From Antechinus flavipes (Eukaryota): 64,000 nt of DNA. Positions 49,413-61,481 of this stretch are shown here, one piece after another (position 1 is the stretch's first letter; the number at the start of each line of letters is the position of its first letter). The stretch lies in NCBI RefSeq assembly GCF_016432865.1, contig NC_067400.1, forward strand, positions 519,932,001-519,996,000, written 5' to 3'. The notes beneath the pieces were generated by a model, which was given only the letters and a program-made list of their open reading frames with translations, did not search any database and had not been told where the DNA came from. The translations under genes and the position numbers were made by a program.

Positions 49413-52232
49413 CAAATTCTCAAAAGACTCTAAGATTAGGGTATAGGATATACCGACAGCTTCCATTTCTCTAGTGTTTTAGTATTAATAAAATATTTTC
49501 CAGAGAAAGACCTTGTGACAAACAATATGATTTTCTCCATTTTTCAGATGAGATAAGGGGACATACTTAAAGTCACATAAACAGAAAGTGATAAAACACT
49601 TAAGCCACTGACTGTTGTAAATTAACTTGTTAGGGAAGCAGTTCAGTATCTCATTCAGATATTCATTATGCATAAGATCAAGTCTGAAATCCCACTTAAT
49701 TCAAGAGAAGGCCAAGATTCCCAAGATAAACTGACAAGAGATATTCCCCTCTTAGCCAATTGTTAACTTGTTTTGACTTAGGACAGAGAGCAGGCTCTCT
49801 GAACTGGAATCCTGAGCTGGAAAATGCTCTGAAAATAAAGGCTTAGGGTCATCAGCTCAGAAAAAATTCTGGGCTGCTACTTATGGTTGCTGGCAGCCAG
49901 CTGCCTCCTGGTCACTGACTGGTTACTGCATGACCTTGGGGGAAAGTCTCTCCTTGCCTAAATTCATGGCTTGTCTGATGGAGACCTTGGAGATCATCTA
50001 GTCTTGTCTCTTCCTTTTGTAGAGTAGGAAATTGAGGCTCAGAGAAGGAAAGGAATCTTTCAGTGGCAAATCCAGAATTCAAACCCCACAGCTGCCAATT
50101 CTGGAGTCAGCGTTCTTTCCTCTGCAGCTTGCTGCTTCTCCTAGGCCTGTTTTGCCCTCGCCTCCACTCCTCTTGTAAAATGGGGCAGGGGAGGCTTACT
50201 GGCTGAGATAGTCATTAAGAGTCTGTGGTCCTAGGAGTGAATGGGGAAGGGGTCTGGAATGCACTTTATAATAATAACACTTGAAATGAGGAGGGTGTGG
50301 GGCTGGGCAAGTTGGAATTTTCTCCTCCTCAAGTGACAAGAAAAGGCTCTGGTGGTAAGATGCCAAGGGTGGGATTTCTAGTGATATAACTCATAAAAAT
50401 GCACTCCTCCATGGTCTGGTTCTCTCTGAGTGCAGCTGTGGAACAAATCCAACGGGACTGTTGCCTTCTGTGAATACACTGTTAACACAGTGTTTAAAAA
50501 AACACACTGGAGCCCAGCATGACTGAGAAAGCGCTATGAAAACTGCCACTAGTGGCCTCCTCATCCCTCCTACCTTCCCACACTGACTCCAGCTTCCACG
50601 CACACCTCAGATACCACCTTCCCCTTTGTTCCCTGCTCTATATGTCATCCCCATTCCAACCCACCTCTTGTTCCCTAGCTAAAAGTGATCTGTCCTTTGA
50701 ATCTCATCCTCCCCTTTTTTCAACCTCTCCTAAACACTAACCATTTTTTAGTTTGTATTATACTTGTCTGTAAATCAATATAAAGCCATTCCTCTAAGCC
50801 TGGATGTTATGACATCCCATCTCATAGAGCTCCCCTAATGCAATCTACACTCCAGCCAAGTCATAAGACTACAAGGTCATGAACTTGCCTTTCCTTTTCC
50901 CATTTCTGTACTTTTGCTCACAAAATCGCAATGGCCTGGAATGTCCCTTTCACCACCCATCCTTATCCCAATTCTTCCCCTCCTATATCAACTAAACTAT
51001 CTCTGGCACTAGAAATAGTACCACCCCCCCCCCCCAAGGTCCAGCTTAGGATCCCTGGCTCTTTCTGGAAGCGCTTTGTGATCTCTTCATTCAGAAATGA
51101 CATCTCCTCCTTCTGCAGCTTCATAGTTCTTTATATTCATGTTATATATTCTTCCTGGTTTTTTGTTTGCATATGTATTACATTTTCCTTACTAGACTCT
51201 AGCAAAGTCTAATAAGTAAAGTAAATAAAAAAATATATTTTGACAGGAATTATCTTATTCTTTATATTTCTTTTAGGGATGAGTATAAGGCATGTACATA
51301 GTTGGTTCTCAATATATATTTGCTAAATTGAATTGATAGTAATGGGGTACATTTGAGAACGAGGGGCCTGAATTTTTAGACCTCCCATTGTGTTCCATCC
51401 ATATCCCTTCCCTTTAGCACAATTGTGTTTCTACTTTGCCTCAAATACTCTTCAAATCTAGAATAAGCAAGTCACCTTCTGAGCCTTAGTTTGCTTCATC
51501 TATAAAATGAGAGAGCTGGTCTCAATGCCTCGAAGGTCCTTTTTAGACCTAAATCTATGACTACATCCCAGTTCCTCCACTATTCTTATAAGTTGTCCTG
51601 GCCACAAAAATGAATCCCATGTTGGCCAACTGTCTGGTGATGAACATTCCCACACTACATTGGGCTGGCCCTGGGCTGGCAGACCTATTATTGCTGAACC
51701 TGTATATAAACCTGTATATAAAATATCTTCCAGTTTGGTAGAGCCAATCAGAGTTGACATTCCACAGGCATAGTTTTTGCAAGGTCAGCGTATCCTCCAA
51801 ATTAAAAAAAAGTGAAACAAAAGAAGAGGACTTGAATGGAGAGGTTTTAACCACTGTAGGAAAATAATTTTTCTTTTCCTAAACCCATTCTAGAGAGCCA
51901 GAATTCCCACTATTTCATAACCCATATGTATAAGATATTTTCCTTCATATTTATTTAACATTTTGACATCTGACCAAGGAATTACTGACTTTCATTTTAT
52001 AAACATTTACTAAATACAAACTGTTTTCAGAGCCCTATGTTCCATCTTAGGAGAGATATAGAATTTAGAAAAGACACAGGCTAGATCCAGTGTGTTGTGG
52101 ATCTTACAGTTTATAGTAATCATCATCACTATAAGAATATTTTCTGTTTTTATGGCACTACAAGATTGACAGAGCACTTTCTTTCTAATGATCTTGTGAG
52201 ACAAGTAATGCAAAGAATATTTTTTATTTCTA

Positions 52233-52603
52233 GACGGGGAAATCAAGGCCCAGAGAGATGGAATAACCTGTTTTGAAATAACATAGCTTATAATACCAGC
52301 ATTAAACTCAAGAGCTGTACTCTATATTCAAGGTTCTATTCACTGTTATACACTCTCTCACATAGTTTGAAGTAACATTGGCATTAGAAAGGTAGAAGCA
52401 AACTTCTGAGAGCCATGGGAGGAAGTCCATAACTAGGATGGAGATTAAGGGGAGGTTTTCAGATGGTGATAGCCCAGGGATTTAGAAAGCAGTGAGGAAT
52501 GGGGAAGCTGGGCCTTGAAGGATAGGTACTATTTCTAGGGGCAGAGATAGGATAGCTGGTATAGAAGGGTAGGGATAAGGATGGGTAGTGAGATGGACAT
52601 TCC
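52233..52603 (+). repeat. Old local duplication, copy 2
   Basis: Colinear with 49046-49412. Confidence 0.85.
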
Positions 52604-52678
52604 AGGCCATAAGGATTTTGTGAGCAAAAAGGCAGAAGTGGGAATAGGGAGGGCAAGTTCATGGCCATGTAATCATTC

Positions 52679-53086
52679 TTTTTTTGTTTTGTTTTGTTTT
52701 GTTATGGCTTTTTATTTACAAGATATATGCATGGGTAATTTTACAGCATTGACAATTGCCAAACCTTTTGTTACAATTTTTCCCCTCCTTCCCCCCCATC
52801 CCCTCCCCCAGATGGCAGGTTGACTGATACATGTTAAATATGGTAAAGTATAAATTAGATACAATATAAGCATACATGTCCTAACAGTTATTTTACTGTA
52901 CAAAAAGAATTGGACTTTGAAATAATGTGCTATTAGTCTGTGAAGGAAACAAAAAATGTAGGTGGAAAAAATATAGGGATTGGAAATTCTATGTAGTGGT
53001 TCATAGTCATCTCCCAGAGTTCTTTCCCTGGATGTAGCTAGTTCAATTCATTACTGCTCCATTGGAAATGATTTGGTTCCTCTCAT
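52679..53086 (-). mobile_element. 5'-truncated L1 3' end with TSD
   Basis: TSD taatcattc at 52670-52678 and 53087-53095. Confidence 0.85.
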
Positions 53087-53329
53087 TAATCATTCATTTT
53101 TAAAAGCTTGGCCAGTGTTTTACAGTGGTTTTGCTGAGTAAGGGCAACAAACTGTGTGTGGATTCTGAAATCAGATACCAGATACCTGGCCTAAGGGAAT
53201 TGTTCAGTCTAGTCAAAAGAAAAGAGATGGGTACAGATAATTCCATATAAACTATCATGTAAGTTGTGTAATGAAAAGATTCAAACAAAGTAGTATAAAA
53301 GAATGAATGAATGAATAAATGAAAAAGCA

Positions 53330-54850
53330 TTTCATTAGACACTACCTGCCAAGCATTGCTAAATCTTGGAGATCAGTCATTCAACAAGTATTTATTAAAT
53401 GCCTATTGTGTTCCAGGAATGGTACTTGGGAGTATTTGATATAGATATATTGAACCTATTCACAAGTTTACATTTTAACTAAAAGAGATGAGAAAATATA
53501 TAAATATATCAGAATAAATTTAAAGAAAGTATCTACAAATAAATGCAAAATAAAATAGTTGAATACAAGGTAATTTGGGAGGTAGGGAATAAGCAGCTGG
53601 GGGTGGGGGGGAACCAGAAAAGACTTCATGCTAAAGGTCATTTTTGAGCTGCATTTTGAAAAAAGGAAAGGACTTGTGAATGTGGAAATGAGGGGTAGGG
53701 GTGGGGAGAGTACATTCCAGGATGGGGGATGACTAGTCAAAGGCAGAGAGAAAGCAAATGGAATGTTGTATGTCAGGTACAGAAGACTAGTTTGGCCAAA
53801 TTACAGAATATGAGAAGAGAAGAAATCATATCATAAATGATACTGGAAAGACAGTATGGGGTAGGGTTGTATATGACTTCAAAAACTAAACACAGAGTTT
53901 GTATTTGAATCTACAGGCTATAGGGAAAGCCTGTAGAGTTTATTTAATATGGAAGTGATGGGTTCCAATTTGGACTTAAGAAAACTCACTTTTTAAAGGA
54001 TAGACTGAAGTAGGGAGAGACTTGAGAAAGGAAAACCAATTGGAAAATTGTTGCAATAATGTAGGCCACAGCCAATGACATGAGTACCATGTGAGTAAAT
54101 GGAAGGGCTTGGATGTAAGAGATATGAAGCTCAAAAGCAAAATTTGGCAATTGAATAAATATATGATGTGGAGAGTGAAGAATTAATCATACCAAGGTTA
54201 CAAACCTGGATGAAAGTGGAAAAACGGTGCCTCATTTAAGAAAATATAGAAATTCAAAAGAGGGTTGAATTTTTTGATAAAGATAATGCATTTAGTTTTG
54301 GACATGTTAACTTTGAGGTGTTTTTAGGACATCCCCTCTGAAATGTCCAAGAGGCAATTTGTGGTACAAAGTGAAAGCTCAGCTATTAAAATCTGAGATT
54401 GCTTGCTAGATAATTGACCTAGGGCAATTAAGTGGTTCATTTGGTATCTAGATAGGATAAAGTAAGTAGTAAAGAAGTAAAGTAAAGTGGAGTAAAGAAG
54501 ACCTGCATTTAAATCCATACTCAGATAATGACTGTGTGACAAAGAGCAAGTCATTTAAACACTGCCTCAGTTTCCCCAACTGTAAATTGGGGGTAGTGAT
54601 AGTAACCATCTCCTTGGATACAAGGTGAGGATCAAATGAGATAAAATTTGTAAAGTGCTTACACATTGTAAACTTATATTGTAGATGCTTAATGTTTGTT
54701 GCTTCCCTCCCTCCCAAAAAAAAAAAAAAAAAAATCTGAGATTGGCTCCATAGATCTAGGAGTCATTAGTAGGAAAATGATCATTAAACCCATGGGAGCT
54801 AATGAAATTAGCAGAGAGAGGAGTAGGGAGGAGTAAGACAGAGCCTTGTC
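53330..54850 (-). mobile_element. L2 3' fragments with MIR insertion
   Basis: Antisense L2 tail (cattcaacaagtatttatt...; agcattccagg; tttggacatgttaactttgagg). Confidence 0.7.
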
Positions 54851-55400
54851 ATATACTTACAGTCCAGGGACATGATCTGGAAGATCAATCAGTGAAGAAA
54901 GCTGAAAAAGACTACCTGCAAGGCAACAAGTATGGGGGAGTGGTGGCCAGGGAGTAATATTTTAGTTGGGAAAATCACAGGGATGGTGAATGGAGCCATA
55001 GGGAATCTTTCCAGGAGTAATGACAGAGTTTGATTATGAGAAGTCTCAGCAGTGAAGAAAATCATATTGAGAAATCAGACTTAGATGTAGTAACCAACTA
55101 AGATAGCCATCAGTTTGGACAGTGAGACCCCAAGTATTGGGCTTGAAAGGGTTATTGTGGCTACTGGGCTAAATTTCTTTGAGATTCAATATTCAAAAAA
55201 GAGGAGACCTCTTCTATCCGGGGGCCTGTGAAAGGTTTCCTGGAGAAATAGCACCTGAATTGAGCCTTAAAGGATGGGAAGGAAGCAAAATATACAATTG
55301 TAAGATATAGCAGGATTTCTTCCCATAGGTAAGTTTCATTATACCACACAATATACTATAACATTTGGATGCTTTTTTCCCCCGTTTTTTTGGAACTTAG

Positions 55401-55534
55401 CACCTGGATCTTTCATTCAATAACTTGTCTCAAGAGGCCATCCGTGAATTGGGAATTCTGCCTCGCCTTAAGACATTGCTCCTAACAGGCAATGGACTTA
55501 CTTCACTTCCTCCCAACATGGCTGTCACAGAGCC
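55401..55534 (+). CDS. XRRA1: XRRA1 coding exon D (134 nt): HLDLSFNNLSQEAIRELGILPRLKTLLLTGNGLTSLPPNMAVTE(P), LRR
   Basis: Acceptor acttag, donor gtaagt; human FLDLSFNSLTVEAICDLGILPHLRVLLLTGNGLTSLPPNLAVAEQ. Confidence 0.97.
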
Positions 55535-56363
55535 GTAAGTGCCTATTTCTGATCTAGCTTCAACAAAGGTCTTCATAGAACCCGAGGATCTCCTTTCAAT
55601 TTGCTTTTCAAATTGACCCTCACAGACTTGTAAAAGTCTCCTTAAGTATGACATCTGAACTAGCTTTACCATGCTTCCCAGCCCCACTGAGTAAAGCTGT
55701 ATGTCCTTTCAATATGCCTTCTGGCCCACCTTCATTATGGTCTATGTCCAGACACAAGTGTCTCTTAATTTACTTTTCAACTTATCTTCTTACCTAGTGA
55801 CAGCATTCAACATTCATTAACCCCCCACCCTCCCACCTCCCACCTCCCCCAAAAAAAAAGTCAACTGTGTATTAGGTACTGGGGAAGCACAATGTTTAGA
55901 TTAGAGATGATCCCTGCTTTCATGGAGATTGTGGCTTAATGAAAAGATAAAATGTGTATACAGATGGCCATATTTGAGAGCTTAGAGCTCAGGGGAATAG
56001 AGGAAATTATCTGGAAGCAGCAGCAAGGTGAAATGAGGCGAGTGTAGTTCATTAAATTACAGAATTTAATCTTATGTGCCTGGGTTACTGTGTCTTTGTG
56101 TCTTGTATCACTGGGTCTTTGCTCCTATTAAACAAATTAAGCTTCAGTAGAAAAATTTACCAGTTAGCAAGCACTTATTAATCACCCACTATGTGCCAGA
56201 CCAATACTGTGCTAAGCACTGGGAATGCAAAGGGGAAAAACTACTCTCTGCCTTTAAAGAGCTCACAGTCTAATGAGAGAAAACAAGCAAACAAATATAC
56301 ACAAAAAAGCTGTGTGCGGGTTAAGTAGGAAATAATGAAAGTCACTAGAATTAAGAGAGGTCA

Positions 56364-56620
56364 GGAAGCAGAGCCAAGATGGCAAGGTAAAGGCAGGGAC
56401 TCACCCAGCTCTCCCCTAAACCACTCCAAATTCTTTTAAATAATGATTCTAAACAAACTTAAGAGCATCAGAACACAAAAAGGAGACAGAGTGGAGCTTC
56501 TTCCAGTCCAAATCAACTTAGAAAGTCACCAGGAAACGCATATGGCACCAGGTGGGAGCCTAGCGCCCAGTCCCAGAGCAGGGTATCAGCAAAGCAGGGA
56601 CCTGAGCCAGATATTTAAGA
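56364..56620 (+). mobile_element. Isolated 5' end (5'UTR start) of an older L1
   Basis: Begins ggaagcagagccaagatggc, the marsupial L1 start motif; no ORF1 follows. Confidence 0.65.
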
Positions 56621-56699
56621 ACCTGACTTACTCAACAAAAAAAGATCTGCTGTTTTCTAGGGCATGTATCTAAGCTTCCTAAGACTTATCAAACCTGAT

Positions 56700-56945
56700 A
56701 AACACCATTTGCTTCCATGATTTGAGTGAAGGAAGTTAAGAATCATTTACAAGTATTATGAAATCTTCAGGAAGAAATGAAAGACCTTAGGGATGTGGGC
56801 AGCAGTGCTTTCTTCACTACTTCCACAAGAGAAAGCCATATTTGGGATGTGAACAGCTGGTTGAAAAGAGAGTATCTGTGAATGGGGTAAAGATTTCTGG
56901 AAATTGATGAACTCATGTGATGTTCACCTAACAAAAGATAGCACA
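56700..56945 (+). mobile_element. Second CR1/L2-type ORF1 esterase remnant
   Basis: WDVNSWLKR...RFLE...DVHLTK with stops and a frameshift. Confidence 0.55.
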
Positions 56946-57918
56946 ATTACATTTAATGAGAGCCTTGCAAATGTAATGAGAAATTTATAATTAAAAAAGA
57001 AGAGGAAAAAGAAAAAAACCTGCCCACAAAAGTTTAATCAACTCTTCTAAAGTAGAGAATAGCAAGTATCAAAAAGAAAGAGAAGTCTTGAATTCATAGA
57101 AAATAAGAAAAACAGCAATGAAACTTGTAACCTCCAATGTCTACATAAAAAGATACAAAGCACATCTATATAGTAAGCTAGAGAACCTAACATAAGCAGA
57201 TAAATTTGGGGATTGAGTTTTGGTAGAATGGGATTCAATATTGGGCACTGACTTTGGTAGGGGTAGCTAAGATAATGATGGTGAAGATGACAGCAGAACA
57301 ACTCTGTTCCCTTCCAGTTAGAGTCACGTTTGAATGGGAATAGCTATAACAAAAATGGCTAGTGGGATAGAGAACCCCAGTATAAGTGAAAAAATGGTGA
57401 CGTGATAACCCACTTGCCCTCACCAGGCCTGAGAGTGCATTGAGTTGTGTAGCATCACATGGGATCTCAGTGTATGGATACTATGTACCAGCACCTTCAT
57501 ATCCCATCCATGATATAGTTCTCCTCTGTTATTGTTGTCCATGTTTTTGCATTATTCCTCCTTAGAAGAGTCATCTAATACATTTCCTTTGGTTCTTTTT
57601 TTAGTGTCTTATGGATGATGATGTAATCAAATTATCACAGAACTGGTGTCAAATTTCTAAACTCATTCATAAAATTATAGGAATTAAAGCTGAGAGGCCC
57701 TTGCAGATTATTCAATCCAACCCTAGCATTTTACAGGGAAGGAAACTGAGGCCCAGAAAAGGGAACAGATTTGTCCAAGGTCACAAAGTGTCAGAACAAA
57801 GATCCAGATCCAGATCCTCTGACACCTCGACAGGGCTGATTCAAAGGTCCATGAACATCACCCACCTTATGCATTTCCTGCTTGAATCAGTGATCCTTCC
57901 TAATCTTTTCCTTCACAG

Positions 57919-58047
57919 GAACTTTTCTGTTATTCGCCTGACCACCAAGCGTTATATGTTAAGGTTCCAAGCTCTGGAGACACTAATCTTAGATGACAAC
58001 AAACTTTCTCACCCCAGCTGCTTTGCTAGCCTGGCTGGACTCAGAAG
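57919..58047 (+). CDS. XRRA1: XRRA1 coding exon E (129 nt): NFSVIRLTTKRYMLRFQALETLILDDNKLSHPSCFASLAGLR(R)
   Basis: Acceptor cttcacag, donor gtaatg; human SLTSKRYILRFPALETLMLDDNRLSNPSCFASLAGLRR. Confidence 0.97.
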
Positions 58048-59019
58048 GTAATGCTGAATGCCATAGGTCAGCTGCTGAAACAGCTTCCCCTCCTGCTGTC
58101 TTCCCTGGCTGTCACCGAGGGAAGGTCTCAGCCACAGTTTAAGGCTGAGATCACTCTGTTGGAATTCTATTCGAACTTAGAACTGGAAGAATTTTAGCAT
58201 TCCAAATCCAGTCCCAAATGTTCATTGTTTAGAGACCCTGAAAAGGCAAGGTGTCTAGCTCAAACTCACATAGCTAAGTTAGAGTTAGGACGTAACATAG
58301 AGAGATAGTCTCATCTAAACACCTCATCTTATAGATGGAGAAACTGAGACTCAGATAAACTTTCTTATTAAAATTAATAAAATTAAGTAGAATTGAGGAG
58401 CAGAGCCAAGATTTGAACCTCAGTCTTCTGACTCCAGTTATGGACTTTTCCTACTACATGACACACTTATGAGTCAGCAGGGTATAATAACAGCCAAAAA
58501 AGTTAAATCTCAAGCATCTAGAATAAAAATCTCAAGTCCAGAAGAAGGCAAGAAATGGCCTTAATTTCATGACTAAAGAAACAGACCCACAGACATAAAA
58601 TGTTCTGTTACAAAATAACAGTAAGTAGCAGAACTGGGACTCAATATGGGTTCTCTGATTCCAAGTTCTGTGCTCCTTATGTATTCCTGAATAAAAGGGT
58701 TAATATTCCATAACAATGATGCATTTTTAAGTTCCCTCCTCACAACAGCCCTGCATTCTATGAAGCGGCTATTATAGTATTATCCCCTTCTTACAAATGA
58801 GGACACTGCAGATCAAGACAGTTACATCAGTTCTTGGGCAGATAAGTATCAGAGCTACATTTTGCTCCCAGATATTCTGGGTGATTAATTTTTTCCAGTG
58901 TACCACACTATTTCTTTTTTTTTAAATATATTTTATTAGTATCTTCAATTTTCTAGTCAGCTAAATTTCCCCTCTGTACTTTACCTCGTGCTTCCAGAAA
59001 GCCATTCCTTAGAATATTT

Positions 59020-59697
59020 TATTTATTTATTTATTTGTTGTAGCTTTTTATTTACAAGATATATGCATGGATAATTTTTCAGCATTGATCCTTGTAAAAC
59101 CTTCTGTTCCAACTTTCCCCCTCCTTTCCCCCATCCTCTCCCCTAAATGGCAGGTAGACCAATACATGTTAAATATGTTAAAGTATATGTTAAACACAAT
59201 ATATGTATATATGGACTTTTTTTTTTTTTTGCTGCACAAGAAAAATCAGACTTAGAAATAAGGTAAAAATAACCTGAGAAGGAAAACAAAAATGCAAGCG
59301 GACAAAAACAGAGGGATTGGAAATGTTATGTTGTGGTTCACACTCATTTCCCATAGTTCTTTCTCTGGTGTAGCTGGTTCTCTTCATTATTGAACAATTG
59401 GAATGATTTAGTTCATCTCATTATTGAAGAGAGCCACATCCATCAGAATTGATCATCATGTAATATTATTGTTGAAGTGTATAATGGTCTGGTTCTGCTC
59501 ATTTCACTCAGTATTAGTTCATGTAAGTCTCTCCAGGCCTTTCTAAAATCATCCTGCTGGTCATTTCTTATAGAACAATACTATTCCATAAAATTCACAT
59601 ACCACAACTTATTCAGCCATTCTTCAATTGATAGGCATCCATTCAATTTCCAGTTTCTAGCCACTACAAAAAGGGTTGCCACAAACATTTTTGCCCA
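59020..59697 (-). mobile_element. 5'-truncated L1 3' end
   Basis: L1 3'UTR and ORF2 tail on the - strand; TSD not identified. Confidence 0.88.
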
Positions 59698-59750
59698 TGA
59701 CCACATTATTTCTATTATTATTATGTTTTCTTTGTTTCCTCTTTCTCAAG

Positions 59751-59986
59751 ACTAAAGAAATTAAGCATGGAACAAAACAAGATTTTCCGGATTCCATACC
59801 TGCAGCAAGTTCAGTTGCCCAAGTACTGTGATGAATCAACCAAGGGGAAGAATGGTTCCCAGAAAGAAACTAACCCCAAACAAAAACTATCACAAGGTAT
59901 GAATGGGGCCTTCTTGGAAAGCAAGTCGGGAAAAGGACAACCAGATTATGCCATATTATCGATGAAAAGGGATGTAGACCGGACAG
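59751..59986 (+). CDS. XRRA1: XRRA1 coding exon F (236 nt): LKKLSMEQNKIFRIPYLQQVQL...DYAILSMKRDVDRT
   Basis: Acceptor ctttctcaag, donor gtgagt; both ends match human LKKLSLDENRIIRIPYLQQVQL and DYTVLPMKKDVDRT. Confidence 0.96.
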
Positions 59987-60029
59987 GTGAGTACATTGTA
60001 TTCTCAGAGATTTTATTCCACCTCTAGTT

Positions 60030-60350
60030 TTATTCAAGCAGAGCTTTCAACAATGCTGAACTTAAACCTGAAACAAAAATCCATCTTGCCAATATCCAGA
60101 TGGATTTCAACAAAGGGATTGCCGCAAATGGATTGCCAATCCAAATGGATTGCCACAGTGGAACAGCGCTATATCCAAATACTCAAGATGTGGGTCACCC
60201 AAAGGGCCTGGGAGAGATGCATGGTGGGTGTAAATTGGCTGCAGCCATTTCTGACAATAAATCACACACAAAGCAACATAAGAGGTACCATCAAAGAGAT
60301 GTATACTGGGAAAGGAGGTGGGCCACTCATTACATAAAAGGGAGAGGAAG
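60030..60350 (+). mobile_element. RTE LINE RT C-terminal fragment
   Basis: RAWERCMVGVNWLQ...IRGTIKEMY...RRWA(G)H-like translation. Confidence 0.7.
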
Positions 60351-61440
60351 CTGATGGATGATCTAATCAGTTAATCAAACATTTATTAAGTGTGGACTTT
60401 GTGCCAGTTACTAAACTAAGCACTTAGGGAGCTTGCAATCTAATTGGGAAGACAACATGTAAACAAATATATACAAAGCAACCATATATACAGGACAGAG
60501 AGGATTTAAATAAAAGAGGAAATTCACTAAAATTAAGAGGGGATTAGGGAAGGATTCCAGAAGAAGGTTAGTTGGGACTTGAAGTCAAGTGGAGGAGAGC
60601 ATTCCAGGTATGGAAGGTAGAGCAAATGCCTGGAGCTGAGACAGAAGTTTTTTCTTTGTGAAACAGCCACGAGGCCAGTGTCATTGGATTGAAGAATATA
60701 TATTGGGGAATAACAAATAAGAAGACTGGAAAGTTAGTAGGGAAAGTTTGAGGAGTTTTCAATGCCAAACAGAGCCCATATACATTGGCACCCATGTGAT
60801 ATCATGAGAGCCACAGAAAGATTCCCATCAGAGCTTTCCTGGGATGAAAAAGCTTGGAGAGGCTGTGATATGCGGTATTAGAAGGGATGTCTATAGTGAT
60901 GGAATCATGGATCTATGCAAGAATTCAGGTATCAGTGTAATGAAAAGAAACAACCTGGACTTTGGAATTATACGATCTTGCTTTTAGTCCGACCGGTCAC
61001 TATGTGACCTCGGACAAATCACTTTTCAAATGGGGATAATGACTCCTGCCCTGCCCTGCCTCCTTCTCAAAAGGAGGGAAAGCATAAGAGAATGACTTTG
61101 GAAAGGATTTTGTCAACTTGAAATGTGTTTTCCATGTGGTAATCATTTAATTATTTAAAAATTTTTAAATTAAAAAATATATCTTTGGTGAATTTCTCAA
61201 AAGAGTCTTATGAAATAATTATTATCTACATTGTACAGATAAGGCTCAGAGAAAGGAAATAACTTACCCAATATCATACAGCTAGTAAATGTCAGAGATA
61301 AAACTCAAACTGAGGACTTCTGAATCCAAGTTCCAAGTATATGCCATTAAAAATACCATATTACTCTGCTTCTTCACATGAATGTCCCCTTCTTTCATTA
61401 TCATTAATCAACTTAGACTTTGTTTCTTATCTGGTTACAG

Positions 61441-61481
61441 AAGTGATATTTCCATCTTTCCCTGGATATTCATCCAACCAG
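61441..61481 (+). CDS. XRRA1: XRRA1 coding exon G (41 nt): (E)VIFPSFPGYSSNQ
   Basis: Acceptor ggttacag, donor gtaaga, phase 1->0; human EVVFSSYPGFSTSE. Confidence 0.92.

Larger units (their letters stand above)
24135..61481 (+). other. XRRA1: XRRA1 (X-ray radiation resistance-associated 1, LRR protein) gene, internal portion: 7 coding exons, 783 nt / 261 codons
   Basis: Exon lengths 72+73+98+134+129+236+41 chain in phase (0-0-1-0-2-2-1-0) with no stop. The translation follows human XRRA1 in order. All introns are GT-AG. Confidence 0.96.

Noticed and set aside
50476-50556. Short palindromes (ACACTGT-taac-ACAGTGT; GCCACTAGTGGC, CTCF-like minus one base)
   Set aside because: Several palindromes of this size are expected by chance in 64 kb
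8014-59387. Recurrent ORFs such as MGTECG.QHSIL.LSVCLHF (8017, 21624, 45953, 59190) and MLCCGP/CPSIGEW types
   Set aside because: Translations of L1 3'UTR, ORF2 tails and (TA)n repeats, not host genes
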